Assembly (NCBI GenBank): GCA_964016885.1
Contig: OZ024740.1
Location: 410,130,001 to 410,194,000, forward strand
Origin: Eledone cirrhosa
Lineage: Eukaryota
Reading direction: 5' to 3'
Length of the DNA stretch: 64,000 nucleotides
Shown here: one piece after another, positions 13,395 to 26,810 of the stretch
How positions within the stretch are numbered: position 1 is the stretch's first letter
Layout of the letters: the number at the start of each line of letters is the position of its first letter
Program-made: the position numbers and the translations under genes
The notes under the pieces: model-generated
What the model was told of the DNA's origin: nothing
The model's input: the letters and a program-made list of their open reading frames with translations, nothing else
Database searches by the model: none

Positions 13395-15137
13395 AGAATA
13401 TTGAAGTTTGCTTGAAGCATTGTGGAATAATAAGTAAATATCTTTAAGTCGTTTGGAAGCCTCGACAATGCAAATGGGTAAATCTCCAGGTAACAAGATC
13501 CGGTGGTGGAGAGAGAGATGTAAGTGGGTGTACGTTGAGATGCGTGGTGTGTATAAGATGTGTAAGATGTGTAGAAGAATGAAGGGAAGAGTATAAAGGA
13601 TAAAATAAAATAAAAATAACAACACAAGAGAGAGTTACCTTGGGAGAGATTTAATAGTCCCCATATATTTCGGATTCACATCCATCAACTGGGGTTTTTT
13701 TCCGGGGTAGGGGAAAAGGTTGTCTGTCGGACAGGTGCGAAACGCATCCTCCGCTGTTTGTTGTTTTGAATATCTGAGGTATTCGGCAGAGCGCGCGTGC
13801 GCGTGAAATGGGGTCGGTCGGGCAGAGGTCAGCGGCCGAATGAGGGAGTGGGGTGGCGCTAGCTGTCAGTCCATTCTCTGCCTGTTTGTTAAATGTTACT
13901 GTGTGTGTGTGTGTGTTGTTGGCTCGCTTGAGTGTGTGTGTGTGTGTGCGTGTGTTGTTGCCTTGTTCCTCTGTATTGGCAGTGTAGTATGTTCGTATGG
14001 TGGAATGCTACTGTGTGTGTGCGCGTGTGTGTGTATAGTTGTCTCGTTTGTGTGTGTGTGTGTGTGTGCGTGTGTTGTGTGTTGCTGCATCGTTTGTTAA
14101 CTTAAACCAGCCATCTCATTTCGCTTCTCTCTGATCGGTTGTTTATTTGCGGTTGCAGACGTTTGATAAAAAGCGCTTCCTTGATACGTAACGTGCCGAC
14201 GTTTCTTTCAGTCGCTAGAATTGTGACAATGGGCCTTCCGTCTCTGTTTCCGCATTTGTCTATGTGTTTCCGGAAAGACGAGGCCCTGGTTTTAGTGTGT
14301 TCCTTGATCCGGATGTGCAAAGGTCGGATTGTGCTACCTATGTAGTATTGGTTGCAGCTGTCACATTCTATCTTATACACGACGTATGTGCGTAGGCAAC
14401 AGTTCACATGGCGTATCGGGCAGTCTCTGAGGGAGCATGCGTCAGTAGATTTCCCGGGTTTCCTGGAGATGCATCTTCGCAGGGAGGGGCCCGAGTGGGC
14501 CAGGTGGATGTCGAGGCCCTCCCTCCGTATAGCCTTGCGGATAGCGTTGGTGGTATTCTCGCCTAGGTGTGGCATTTTAAGGAAGCACTTGCCTTGGGTG
14601 CCTCTCTGTCTCTTGTGTCTGGTGTCTCCTATTCTGTCTGTGATCGAGGTAGGGTACCCGTTCGTCTCCAGCACCTCGAGGAATCGCTTGGTATGAGTGA
14701 CACCACTCGCGGGATCGCTGCATCTGTTTTTGATTCGCGCGATCTCGTTCGTGATGTATCCTCTTTTGGCACTGTTAGGGAGGGCGGACTTGTAGTGAAC
14801 GAACAGGTCCTTGCAGGCTACCTTTCGGTAGAAGTTGCAGTGGATCCTTCCCTGTTCCGTGATGTTGATTCGGAAGTCGAGGAGGGCAAGTGACCCGTCT
14901 TCGTTGGGGTGTTCAACACTGAAGTCAATGTTCTCGTCCGTGTTGTTGAACGTCTCATAGATTCTGTTCGCCGTGTCTTGGGAAGATGTGAGGATGAGGA
15001 TATCGTCCACGTACCTTGAGAAAAAGGGTACGGCGTTGGGGTGGCAGGCGTTGAGTGCCTTGCGTTCGAGGTTGTCCATGTAAGAGATCGCGAGCACACC
15101 TGATAGGCTTGATCCCATGGGCAATCCCGAGGTTTGT

Positions 15138-15139
<2 letters not shown>
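13392..15139 (-). mobile_element. 5'-truncated Penelope-like element (Poseidon/Nematis-like) in (TA)n
   Basis: RT-GIY-YIG ORF plus 3' non-coding region; (TA)n on both flanks. Confidence 0.9.
14102..15139 (-). CDS. PLE RT C-terminal half + GIY-YIG endonuclease (uninterrupted, 5'-truncated)
   Basis: GLPMGSSLS, RYVDD, LLDFRI..FYRK, VVYKIECDSCNQYYIGSTIRPLHIRIKEH, IKEALFI..PQIN. Confidence 0.9.
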
Positions 15140-15191
<52 letters not shown>

Positions 15192-15310
15192 AGAAAAAAT
15201 GAAACGAAATTTCATTTCTCACTCTTAGTACGGCTGTTACTTAAATATAAGTATGTATACGTACATACATACTGTACGCCTGTATACATATATGTATGTA
15301 CGTATACATA

Positions 15311-15357
<47 letters not shown>

Positions 15358-15362
<5 letters not shown>

Positions 15363-15449
15363 AAAATGGAACGGGAACAAAACAGAGAGGCAGTACGAAC
15401 AAATGTTTATTAGTTTCACGCTCTTGAGAGGAGTGGTGGGGTGGGGACG

Positions 15450-15453
<4 letters not shown>
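15358..15453 (-). mobile_element. Neptune-like pLTR end fragment in (TA)n
   Basis: Similar to 49817-49915 (GGAACAAAACAGAGAGGCAGTAC..TTTCACGCTCT); another fragment at 26697-26762. Confidence 0.7.
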
Positions 15454-15489
<36 letters not shown>

Positions 15490-15711
15490 GTGTTAAACGA
15501 TATTAAATGATTATGAAAATGATTATGAAAAACTTTTAGAACAGTTACATTAAGCAACGTTTTTTCTTACTCACACATTCTCTAATGAATTTATTACGTT
15601 TTCGCATTTTCTCATAATTAGACTATATAAATAAAATTTTATCTCGGGTTAATCACTACCTTGATTAAATCTTTACCATTTAACATCTCAGGGTATGTCA
15701 TGTATCATTAT

Positions 15712-15764
15712 ATTTTGTCTGATGAGGACGTACTGTTGCACATCCGAAATATGTATAATAAAAT
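15712..15764 (+). ncRNA. Type I hammerhead ribozyme in TA-flanked pLTR-like element 15485-15810
   Basis: attttgt-CTGATGA-gga..tcc-GAAA-tatgta-TA-ataaaat; 7-bp stem I. Confidence 0.85.
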
Positions 15765-16663
15765 GTAATTGACAAAAAGAACATCTATTTTATTAATATT
15801 TATATTTTAATATATATATATATATATATATACATAGATAAATATCTTTATACAGTCAAACATATATGGGTATATGTATGTGTGTATACAGAGAGGCGGA
15901 GGAGAAAGGGAAAAAGTGGGTGAAACTGACAAATATACTTGCACACATTTATACATAATTCTTAAGGAAGTAAAAACAAACCAATATATTTCTTAACACC
16001 AGTTTAACACTAACTACAACAAAAAATGCATATCATCACTGCGTATTATTGTATTTCGTGAAAGCCTGGAACATAAATCAAAGCCGTCGGCAGAACACAT
16101 TATTCTCCATGCTTCCGTTCAGAAATGTGAAAATATTCCGATAAATATATTACTTAAGATGACATATGGTAAAGAAAATATCTATCATGTTTGAAGAATT
16201 GATTAATTAGCCAAGAATATAGAACATCAATTACAAATTATTCGGAAATACAAAATGAATAGAAACTATTTGGATATTGACTGAGAAAAATGATTCTATC
16301 AACAACTTTGAAGTAAACATCCGGATGTTTCAAATTCACAGGATATATGTATAGCGATAATATAAATTCCATTAGCAGTTGGCCGACTCAGCAAATACAA
16401 CTGCTTTCCATAACCGGAAATTTTTGGTATTTGGAATGGTAAAACAGTGATTCAAAAGTCAGTTGTTTAAAACAAGGCCTTGCTTAAAGTATATACGGAA
16501 CGCCAAGATATCGATCCGAAAGAAAACTTGTAAAGAAACAAAGAAGTTATTGATACATTTAGCTGCCTATTTAATATCCTATTAAATGAAATACAAGATG
16601 ATGTAACATATTAGATTTGTAAAATACAGACCTTGATAATACGTTTGTATGATACACACACTC

Positions 16664-16736
<73 letters not shown>

Positions 16737-16740
<4 letters not shown>

Positions 16741-16886
16741 GAAAAATGGCGAGCTGTGTTGTTGCAAATATGATATATATAATAAAGAATTAGAAATAGA
16801 AGCCAGAACTATCCATCATCAGTGGTCTACTAGCCATCATAGGTATTTCTTCGCATTACAGACCATATACCTCCGGCTAGGGCAAT
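16737..16886. mobile_element. Short TA-embedded pLTR-like fragment (family C)
   Basis: Homologous to 40968-41075 and, inverted, to 41174-41297. Confidence 0.65.
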
Positions 16887-16905
16887 ATATACATATACAT
16901 ATATA

Positions 16906-16952
<47 letters not shown>

Positions 16953-16957
<5 letters not shown>

Positions 16958-17141
16958 AGTAAGTAAGACCCCGACGGCTGAGCTCAAGCCGTTTCGACGG
17001 CTAATTCAGAATTAGCCGTCGAAACGGCTTGAGCTCAGCCGTCGGGGTCTTACGTACTCCTATTACCCACTCTACTACCCTAAGTATTGAGTACTTTGGT
17101 GCGTTATGGTCCACCTGGTTCCTTACCACTTTTCCCTCGCT
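16953..17141 (+). mobile_element. Family A pLTR-like fragment with 55-bp-arm fold-back
   Basis: Arms 16953-17007 and 17009-17063; (TA)n on both flanks. Confidence 0.7.
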
Positions 17142-17315
17142 ATATATATATATATATATATATATTGTTATACTTTGGGAGGGTCATGTTGCCAATAAGA
17201 AACACACGCACCAGTTGCTTTCACTTCAATTTATTATAATAAATTTATAAATTTAGGAATTTATAAATTTCCGGTTGGTTGGTTGGTTCCACAACCAGAT
17301 GATTGTTTATATATT

Positions 17316-17358
17316 GTCAATGTTCTTTCGTCACACATTCTGTGACCTCTTCAGTGAC
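17316..17358 (-). ncRNA. Degenerate hammerhead in 3' pLTR
   Basis: gtca-CTGAAGA-g gtcaca..tgtgac-GAAA-gaacat-tgac; stem III/UH imperfect. Confidence 0.5.
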
Positions 17359-17584
17359 TGGGGATTCTTTTTTTTGTTTTTGTGCCTGTCCTTTGTTCTG
17401 TCCTACGCCATCTTGTTTTTGTGTGTGTGTTGTGTGCTTAGTTTGCGCATGTGTTACATCCGGGTGTCCGTGTGTGTTTATATTCGTTTATTTATTTGTT
17501 TATTTGCATGTTACTGGTTGGTTGTTTGTTTTATGTGCGTGTGTGTTTTCATTTTGTCCTTAATTGTAAGTTGTGATGTTGCTG

Positions 17585-20060
17585 TTCCATTCATGTTTTC
17601 TATTTAATTTTGGTTGGAGTTCATTTATGTTTATTGCCTCTGTGATTTGTCTAAACATTGCGTCTTTTCTGTGTGTAGATTCTATTTTTATTTATATTTT
17701 CTCTAATTTACCCTTATGTTCTATTTTAGCATGTTGGTAGAGTACAGATGATTCTTTACTATCTTGAAGGTCTCGCCAGTGTTCATTTATCCGTTCCCCT
17801 ATACTACGAGCTGTCTCACCTATGTACACTATATTTTTATCTCTACATTGTCCTTCAGTACATCTTATGCTATATACTACATTTCCAGTTTTACAGTTAA
17901 TATGGGGGCTTAATTTACAGATTATACATTTCTTATCTATACAGGGAGGTCTTTGAAAAGGGTATGCTTGCTAATAAGTGTTTTTATGGAGGTACCTAGT
18001 CTTTCTACTATCTTAATATTGAGTTTATGTTTATCTAGGGCCCTTCTAAATTTGTAAGATAATTCACCTCTAGGGGTTGTATCGATGAACATTACACTCT
18101 GGTATTTATTGCTATCATACCATGAGTTTATTCTATTAGCCTTATTCCTAGTTCTTTCTATTCTATTCTAAAATTTGCTCCTATACAAGGGGCAGGTCCC
18201 ATTTGTGTCATTATTTACCATTTTTTTCCATTTGGTTCTGGCTCCTCTATATACTCTGATTTTATCTCTCTGATTGTAACCAGAGAACTGCATACGGTGG
18301 ATGAAGTGTTGTATGTGTCTCTCTAGTTCTTTGGGGTTGCACATGCGGGACACATTTCTCATCACTCGTACAAAATCCGCAATCAGTATGTTGATTTTGG
18401 TATGGTCCGAAACAGCTGAGTTTCGGTGGATCAGATATTTGGAAGTTATGGGTTTGGCATAATGGGAATGGAGGATTTGTTTTTTGTTATTAATGGTATC
18501 TAACCAGAGCTCTGTGTCTAGTGCAGGCAATCGATGATTGGGGTGTTTGCTTCGGTAGTCTATAGTAACTCTAATACTCTGGTGGATGGAGTTAGCTATT
18601 TGCTGGATGCTTTCCATTGTGTTTTTCTCTAATTCCTGACTGTTCTCTAGTGGGGGTGTTTTTACTACGATGTTTATATCATCAACGCAGCGGGAGTACA
18701 TTATCAGGGTTGAGGGGTCTTCTAATTGTTCTTTAAGTTTAAGTTTAAGTCTACTGTCCCACCATACCATAAATAGGTTAGCTATGTCGCCTGCAATGCT
18801 AACACCAATGGCCGCCCCCTCCTCTTGGGCATATGTTTTTCCATTAAATTTGAACATATGTTCCTTAAGGGTTAATTTTATGCTGGCCCCCAACGCATGT
18901 GCAATCATTTTCTTTAGTTCATCGTGGTTTTCGGGGGTCCGTATGGCTCTGGTCCACCCGTTCCATCTATCTGTGTGGGTTTTCTTGGCCATTGATGTAA
19001 TGGTAGGTGGTCTGCCTCTTGCTGGTCTTGTAGGGCACATGTTGCTAAGGTCATATGTATCTAGATAATTATTACTATAGGTAAGTTTAAGTAGGAGTCC
19101 CAGCTCACTGGTATCAATCCCACGGAATTCAACATTGCTCTCACTTATCATTTCTACGCATTTCTCCACAGCAAAATCCACGTCAATAGATGGATACAGG
19201 GACACAACATCCATACTACCTATTATGCAGTTTGTTAGGTCCATAGATCGGTTACTCTCGCCGATTCTGCTGAGGAGGTCCTCCGTGCTGTCACATACAT
19301 CTGGGGACATTTCAATGATGGGGCGTATGATCAGGGAGAGGAAGTAGGACAGTCTGTAGTTACTAGCAATGTTAGCTCCACAGACTGGCCGTGTTGGTGG
19401 TCCTGTGACAGGGTCACTGCTCGTTTTATGGTCTTTTCGAAGCCCATACAACGCTGGCACGTCATTGTTCCAGGCCTGGAAGTTGTTGGCAGTCCTTTTG
19501 TTGGGCTGCATCATATTTGTCCACATCATCATATGGGCATTGAGGGCTTTTTCTCTATCCTCATGCTCTTGTGGTGTTACTTCTCTTGTGTTAGTGGTGT
19601 GGGGTTGCATTGCCTGGATGTAGTTTGGCAGACTGTCAACCGACATTCTGCCAGACTTGTCTGTTGGAAAGCATGCTATCTCTCCATTGCGCGAGCGCTG
19701 CATGAGCTTGTGCAAGCCATTTGCAGATTTTTCTCCCTGTTGCTGGGCCTCCATTCTATTATGCTTCTTGCTATACTGTTCTATAATATTTCTAAGTTTA
19801 GATCTAGCTATACTAAATTGTGCTTCGGTTTGTTCATCGACCTGCGACGGCAATTGCGTGCGTTTGTTAAAAGCTAAAGTCCTGGCGTGGACTCGTCGCA
19901 GGTCGAACGACTTATCGGAGGGATTATAAAAAGTAGAGTTCCAGGCTGCTGCTTTATGTGTACTAGTGCTATTGTTATTGTTAGTTGTGTTGTTTCTATT
20001 TCTATTTACACCAACAGCCTCATGGTTGTTTCTATGTCTCTCAGTTGTGGAACCAGCCAA
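17585..20060 (-). pseudogene. PLE RT + GIY-YIG (Naiad-like), disrupted after the RT
   Basis: LYGLRKDHK..PPTRPVCGA, GSMDVVSLYPSI, GAAIG, RCVDD, PLYRSKF*; downstream (own translation) CIDKKCIIC..NVVYSIRC..YIGETARSIGERINEH..LNRKHEW, with stops and frameshifts. Confidence 0.88.
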
Positions 20061-20229
20061 CCAACCGGAAATTTATAAATTCCTAAATTTATAAATTTAT
20101 TATAATAAATTGAAGTGAAAGCAACTGGTGCGTGTGTTTCTTATTGGCAACATGACCCTCCCAAAGTATAACAATATCGGTTTCAACACACGTTTTCAGA
20201 TAAAGAAACTTGCTAAACAAATTCAGAAA

Positions 20230-20292
<63 letters not shown>

Positions 20293-20296
<4 letters not shown>

Positions 20297-20865
20297 CTCC
20301 ATTAACATTGAGGGCACCATGGACAGTGAACTGCAATGTAGAATGGGAAAGGATTCAGCAGCATTTAACCAGCTTGACAAGAAGTTCGCCCTTAAAACAA
20401 GAATGAGATTCTACAACAGCAACGTGCTATCCAAACTCTTGTACGGAAGTGAAACATGGCACCTTAAGACCAGCCAAGAGAAGAAGTTGGACGCATTCGA
20501 TTCCAGATGTCTGCGAAAGATCCTGGGGATTAAATGGAGTGACCATGTAACAAACCAGGGAGTCAGGAAGCGCACCAACCAGCAGCTAGTCTCTTCTACC
20601 ATCTGCAAGCGACGCCTGGGCTGGTTTGGACACGCTTTGAGACTTCCCCCGGAGAGACTGGTGAACCAAGTACTTAAATGGAGCTCGCAGGGAAGCAGAC
20701 GAAGAGGGCGACCCAAAATGAACTGGCGCCAGACAGTTGAGAGAGACCTGCGAGCGACAAACAGACAATGGCGGGACGCTGTGCAACTGGCTGCTGACCG
20801 AACGCGATGGAACACTATGATTGCCTCATGCGTCGCTAGACGCGGGAGCTTCTGAGTCTGAGTAT
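20293..20865 (+). mobile_element. RTE LINE 3' fragment
   Basis: LLYGSETW, CLRKIL..W, RRLGWFGH, RRRGRPK..W, AADRTRW. Confidence 0.92.
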
Positions 20866-20907
20866 CTTCTCTTTTACGTTGTTTTTTGTTTTTTGTTTAC
20901 TGTATCA

Positions 20908-21490
<583 letters not shown>

Positions 21491-21495
<5 letters not shown>

Positions 21496-22394
21496 CGAAA
21501 CATAAGTCAATTGCATGAACTCGTAATCCTTTATTTACTGCTATATATATTTCGATGATAGCTGTTGAATGGCTATGACGTCATCAGGCAGTTAGTCAGT
21601 TCTTAGATATACCAGCTCTGTGTTTATAGTGTTGATGGTATCAGAGCTTTGGGACATATGAGCTTGTTAGGAATAATTTAATGTTGTCAGTAGGAATAGT
21701 CTTAATTCTCATTGGTCAGTTTGTAGATGGTAGTAGGGTTGGTATTTGACCTCAAAGAGGCAGGTGGTGTTGTAAAGTTCAAACCGTCAGGCAAGATGAC
21801 AATAGTTCCATATGACTGATTTTCACAAAAAGCATTCCTGGTCAGATATATATTCAAGTTAGGTTAATAGTATGAAATAGATACTACAGGTCATCCTTAA
21901 ATTGAGGAATTTATGTGGGTTGGTGCTACTGAAAATTATGGTTACAGTAGAAAATTTACAAATGAAAAGACTTATGTAGGTTGGCTTGCACGTACACTCA
22001 CACCCACCTCCACAGACACACACACACACATCCACACATACAAATTGAGGAATTAATGTGGGGTGGTAATACTTAAAATAATGGTTAGAGTCAAATACTT
22101 AGATAGTTTAGAAAATTTAGAAATAAAAGGCTTATGTTGGTTGACTTGTACATACACTCACATCTACCCCCTCACACACACACAAATCCATACAGGTGTG
22201 TATATGTATGCACATGTATATATATATATATATATATAAAATATATATATATAAAATATATATACATATAATATATATATATAAAATACATATATATATA
22301 TAAAATATATACACACATAAAATATACATACATACATATACATAAAATACACACACATATATATATATATAAAATATATATATATAAAATATAT

Positions 22395-22436
<42 letters not shown>

Positions 22437-23040
22437 CACATATATACACATATATAAAATCAGGTTCAATAAAACGTGGTTTTGATGACTCCTAACTAGT
22501 AGAGGATCCGGTGGGCCATCCAGCATAGGGACCACAAACTATGGGTGGTTGTTGTTGTCCATTGGTCATTGGTACGGGGTGTAGGGGACCTACAGGGGGG
22601 CGTTGTGGGAGGCCTTAACCGGGGTTTATCCATATAGCTTGAGGAAAGTTCCCGTCCTTAGGTGTCTGCAGGCACCGAATAAGTCAGCCCTTCTGTTTAA
22701 TAGCTTGGCTCCGCCATGAAGTATATCGAGTGTCTCACTAAGACAGAGGTTGCAAATACCAGACCTTTCTAACCACGGACCAGACCAGAGAGTGCGGGGT
22801 CTTTTCAAGTTTGAGCTTCCAGATCAATTCAGAAAGGGCCGTACATTTCCTCTTATCTATTCTATTAAAGGAATGGCGATGGTTATACCACCGATCTTTG
22901 AAGCTCGTCTCTGTGGACCCTATGTAGTGGTGCTCCGAGTTAGGGGTTGTGACCTTGCACCTGTAGACTACGTTTTTCGTCATGCATTCATTACTAAGGG
23001 GGCATAGTGATGGGTCTCTGCAATTACATGAGGGGGAGAC
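21491..23040 (-). mobile_element. Hydra-like PLE 3' fragment (endonuclease, 3' UTR, pLTR)
   Basis: SCNCRDPSLCPLSNECMTKNVVYRC..HYIGSTETSFKDRWYNH..TALSELIW; frameshifted tail CNLCLSE..CRH. Confidence 0.85.
21537..21592 (-). ncRNA. Type I hammerhead ribozyme in 3' pLTR
   Basis: actgc-CTGATGA-..atagc..gctat..-GAAA-tatata-TA-gcagt. Confidence 0.8.
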
Positions 23041-23529
23041 ATTCCAGTGTCGTGTGCTAAAGGGTACACGCGAGTAAAAGTCCGAATAAGAGAAGTAAAA
23101 GGTACATGGATGTATAGAAGTAGAATACGTGGAAAAAGCATTAATACAGCAAAGGTAGAAAGATATAAAGATATAAATAAACAAACACGACACTGGAATG
23201 TCTCCCCCTGGGAACATAAATACTGCAACCTGAACTATATTGTATTTCTCCTATGTCTTGATTTCTCCATCTTACTCCACCACCACTCTTGTTGGTATAT
23301 TTATATATTTATATATTTATACCTTTGCTTTATTAATGTGCTTTTCCATGTATTCCACTTCTATGTATCCATGTATTTCTACTCCTCTTATTGGGACTTT
23401 TGCTCACTTGTACCCATTAGCACACGACACTAGAATGTCTCCCCCTGAGAACAAAAATAAACATTACCCGACTATATCCCTTACTCTACATCCCACTAGG
23501 ATAACTTATAGTAGATCTACATAATACAA

Positions 23530-25287
23530 TTAACGTTTCTTCATAAAAGACTCTCTTTAACTAAACCCCGCAACCCAAAACCTTAAAAAAGTTTTTTTAA
23601 ATGTTTAATTTTCAATTTTCTGTTTGTTCAATTCTCAATCTTCTTACTCTTTAATTTTATAATGTTATTCTGAATTGTTTCAAATTCATCCTATAAATTT
23701 AAACAATATTTTAACGTTCCAACTTTCTGTCGGACTGTTGGGTTGGTTTTCCTGGCGGCGGGACCGGCCCCCTGGCGCATAGGCCTACCTTGAGTGCTTG
23801 GAAAAATAAATTTCCCCTTCTTTCGGTGAATGAAACTACTCGGAGTGGCTTGATTCGCCCCAGGGGCCCGGCGCGCAGCCGGTTTTTTAACCGCCATATA
23901 GTACCTTTAAATTACAGATCAAATCAGAACTATTAGATATATCATGCCTCCCTCTACTTAAGCAAACCCCCCTCCTGGGTAAAGGAATAGTACTGGTTTT
24001 GTACAAGAATGGCCTAACGATGCGGGCTGACTTCCTGCTGGCGCAACTGAAACCTGTTATACATTCCTAGAGTACTCGGAAAAATCGATTTCCATATCTT
24101 TCGCTAGGCGATATCACTCGGAGTGATGGGCTGCCCAAGCTTGTAGTCGCCGCATGCTGTTTGACGGCTAAACAAAGACATAATCTTTACTCTATAATAA
24201 AATTTAAGTGTCTTCATAAAAGACTCTTTCTTTGCTTAAACCTCGCAACCTTAAAAATGTTAAACTGTTTAACTTTAAATTTTCTAATTTCTTTAATTTT
24301 ATAATGTTAATATTAAATATTAATTTATTAACTTCATCCTATAAGTCTAAACAAAAATGTAACGTTCCAATCTTCTGCTCACACATTATAACACACTGAC
24401 CCCCACTATATTTACCTCTGCTAAGATACGGGTCCCTTTGAACAATTTTTTCGCGCCATTCCTGGCCTGACTGTAGTCTGACATTAATATCGACCTTTCT
24501 TCCTCTTTCTTTCTATCTTTCTTCTTGTAGCCATCAACCCTGACTTTTCTTCTTCCTTTTCTTCCTTCTCTTCTCCCTTCTGTCTGTCTTCCTATCGCTG
24601 ACTTACCTTCCTTCCCCCTTTTGTTTGCCTATATTTGACCGGTAGTAGTTGTTAAGATACGGGACCCTTAGAATAAAAATGTTTTCGCGACAATCCTGGC
24701 CTGACTGTAATACCGACCTTTCCTCCTCTTTCTTTCTGTCTTTCTTCTTATAGCTGACATTAACCCTGGCTTCTCTTCTTCTTCCTTCCCCCTTCTTCTC
24801 TCTTCTTTCTTTCTTTCTTTCTTTCTTTTTTCTTGTGGCATGATATTAACGCTAACTTATGTTCCTATCCCTTTCTATTTTCCTTTATTTGACCGGTAGT
24901 AGCACACTGTAAGCTTTAGCCACGTCACTCGAGGGCGACCGGCAGAGGTAGAAGATGCTGGATGGCGTTCGCCCTCGGGTCTTTTATTTTCAGCCCCATG
25001 GATTTTATCTATTACATTCACTTATTATATTTCGAATACCTGATGATATCACCGGATTCATACGGAACCCGGTCATTGAAATGATCATAGTATAATAAAC
25101 CTTTCAAGGATTTACACAAATCCAGCCTCCTGTCATTTCATTATAATATTTAACTCCGTAATAGCACCACCAACTACAAAAACAAAGACGGTTGAACTGC
25201 GTTACGTTGAGTACTCTCTATATTATTACATTACGATTGACCATACGGAATTGACCAGCTCTATCCAGTGGTGAACCTCAAAAAACC

Positions 25288-25290
<3 letters not shown>
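23530..25290 (+). mobile_element. Apparently non-coding HHR-bearing element with internal duplications
   Basis: 23539-23730 resembles 24212-24380; 24422-24650 resembles 24653-24902; HHR near the 3' end; abuts (TA)n. Confidence 0.55.
25036..25093 (+). ncRNA. Type I hammerhead ribozyme
   Basis: atac-CTGATGA-..accgg..ccggt..-GAAA-tgatca-TA-gtat. Confidence 0.75.
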
Positions 25291-25344
<54 letters not shown>

Positions 25345-25362
<18 letters not shown>

Positions 25363-26626
25363 GTATATTAATAAAAGGAATTCCAACTTTGTCTAATTTA
25401 CTCGTTTTATTTACAATCCTTTAAAATTTATAATGGTATTAGAATGAAATAGTATGGTAGAATATTAAATGTTAAGTGTTAATTGAACAAGTATTTTCAT
25501 GCTTTCGCAATCTTCAGATTCATATTGTGTGGTGAGTCAAGTTTGCAATTTTCAACTGTAATGATATGGGTAAATTTTGTGCCTTATATACAGTGAAAAG
25601 TGGCTCCAGAATGCTTAATCTAGCAAACTGTATTTCGACCAATCGGTGTGTAGTTTCACTGGATTACTAAAGCTGATTGGTTTAGGCGTCACGGTTGGTT
25701 GAGAATGTCTAACGACTACTAATTGACCATATCCAAAGCATCAATTGTTTTGCTATTTTTAGAAATGATGAAAATTGCATTTTCTAGTAATCATCACCAT
25801 CAACATCACTTTTATTATTATTATTGTTGTTGTTGTTATTGTTGTCAGTGGTCGTAGTCATAGTCATAGTAGGATTAATACTCCATTATTATTGTTCATT
25901 TAGCTTGGGTTTGAATTTATCAATAAAATTCTTTTCTTTGATTTTTCTCTTGATTTCACTGGGGCTGTATAATTTGTCGAATGGGAATATTATAAATATT
26001 CCCTGACCACATGTTGCTAGATGGTTACATAGGGGTATCTGACGGACATTTGGGTCTCTGATTTGCTGTCGGTGTACCCGTGCACGTTCCGATAGTGCAT
26101 TTCCAGTTTGACCGACATATAGTTCTTCACAATTCCGGCATTTAATGCAGTAAATTAGATTTCTGCTTTTGCAGTTCATATTTGCATTTGGGAATATTTT
26201 TCCAGTTTTTGTTTTCATATATTGACTGGCGTGTATGGATTGACATGTGCCACATCGACTATCATTGCATTTAGATACAGTGAATGATTGGTCTTTGTTG
26301 TTAAGGTCAAACTTTGCTTTTGTTAGTTATTGCTTCAAATTTTTCGGCTGTCATTTACTAAGAGTCAAAGATCGATCTGTGATTAAGCCTTTTAATTCAT
26401 TACTTTGAGCAATGATCGGTAGGTTTGCTTTGGCAGTGTTGAAGATATTCTGGTGACATGGGTTGTGTGTCATTATAAATGGTATGACCAGTTCTTGGTT
26501 TCTTCTTCCTTTGGGTTGTCCTAAGTTGTTGTATAGGTATTTTTATATCTCGCTGTATGCCATTTTCTATAAGTAGAGATGGGTATTTTTGTTTGAGCAA
26601 AAATTCTCTTAGTTCTGTTAGGCGTT

Positions 26627-26628
<2 letters not shown>
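25345..26628 (-). mobile_element. Neptune-like PLE 3' fragment (GIY-YIG) in (TA)n
   Basis: CKSRNLIYCIKCRNCEELYVGQTGNALSERARVH (25889-26218); upstream [16 protein letters not shown]. Confidence 0.85.
25484..25522 (-). ncRNA. Minimal type I hammerhead in 3' pLTR
   Basis: tgaat-CTGAAGA-ttgc gaaa gcat-GAAA-atac-TT-gttca. Confidence 0.65.
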
Positions 26629-26699
<71 letters not shown>

Positions 26700-26759
26700 C
26701 AAATTTAGACGGGAACAAAACAGAGAGGCAGACAAATAAAGGTTTATTAGGTTCACGCT

Positions 26760-26810
<51 letters not shown>

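Larger units (their letters stand above)
17162..20232 (-). mobile_element. Naiad-like Penelope element with 5' inverted pLTR, in (TA)n
   Basis: RT-EN coding region; 17162-17295 is inverted relative to 20044-20177; TA flanks. Confidence 0.88.

Noticed and set aside
13655-13695. Hammerhead in the pLTR of the 14102-15139 PLE
   Set aside because: Core reads GTTGATGG rather than CTGANGA; too degenerate to call.
16030-16560. Coding-like unique sequence
   Set aside because: No sustained open frame in the ORF track and no motif I can support.
17585-18170. Selenocysteine recoding as reported for some Naiad PLEs
   Set aside because: Interrupting stops are TAG/TAA and the conserved Cys codons I read are TGT, so this is ordinary decay.
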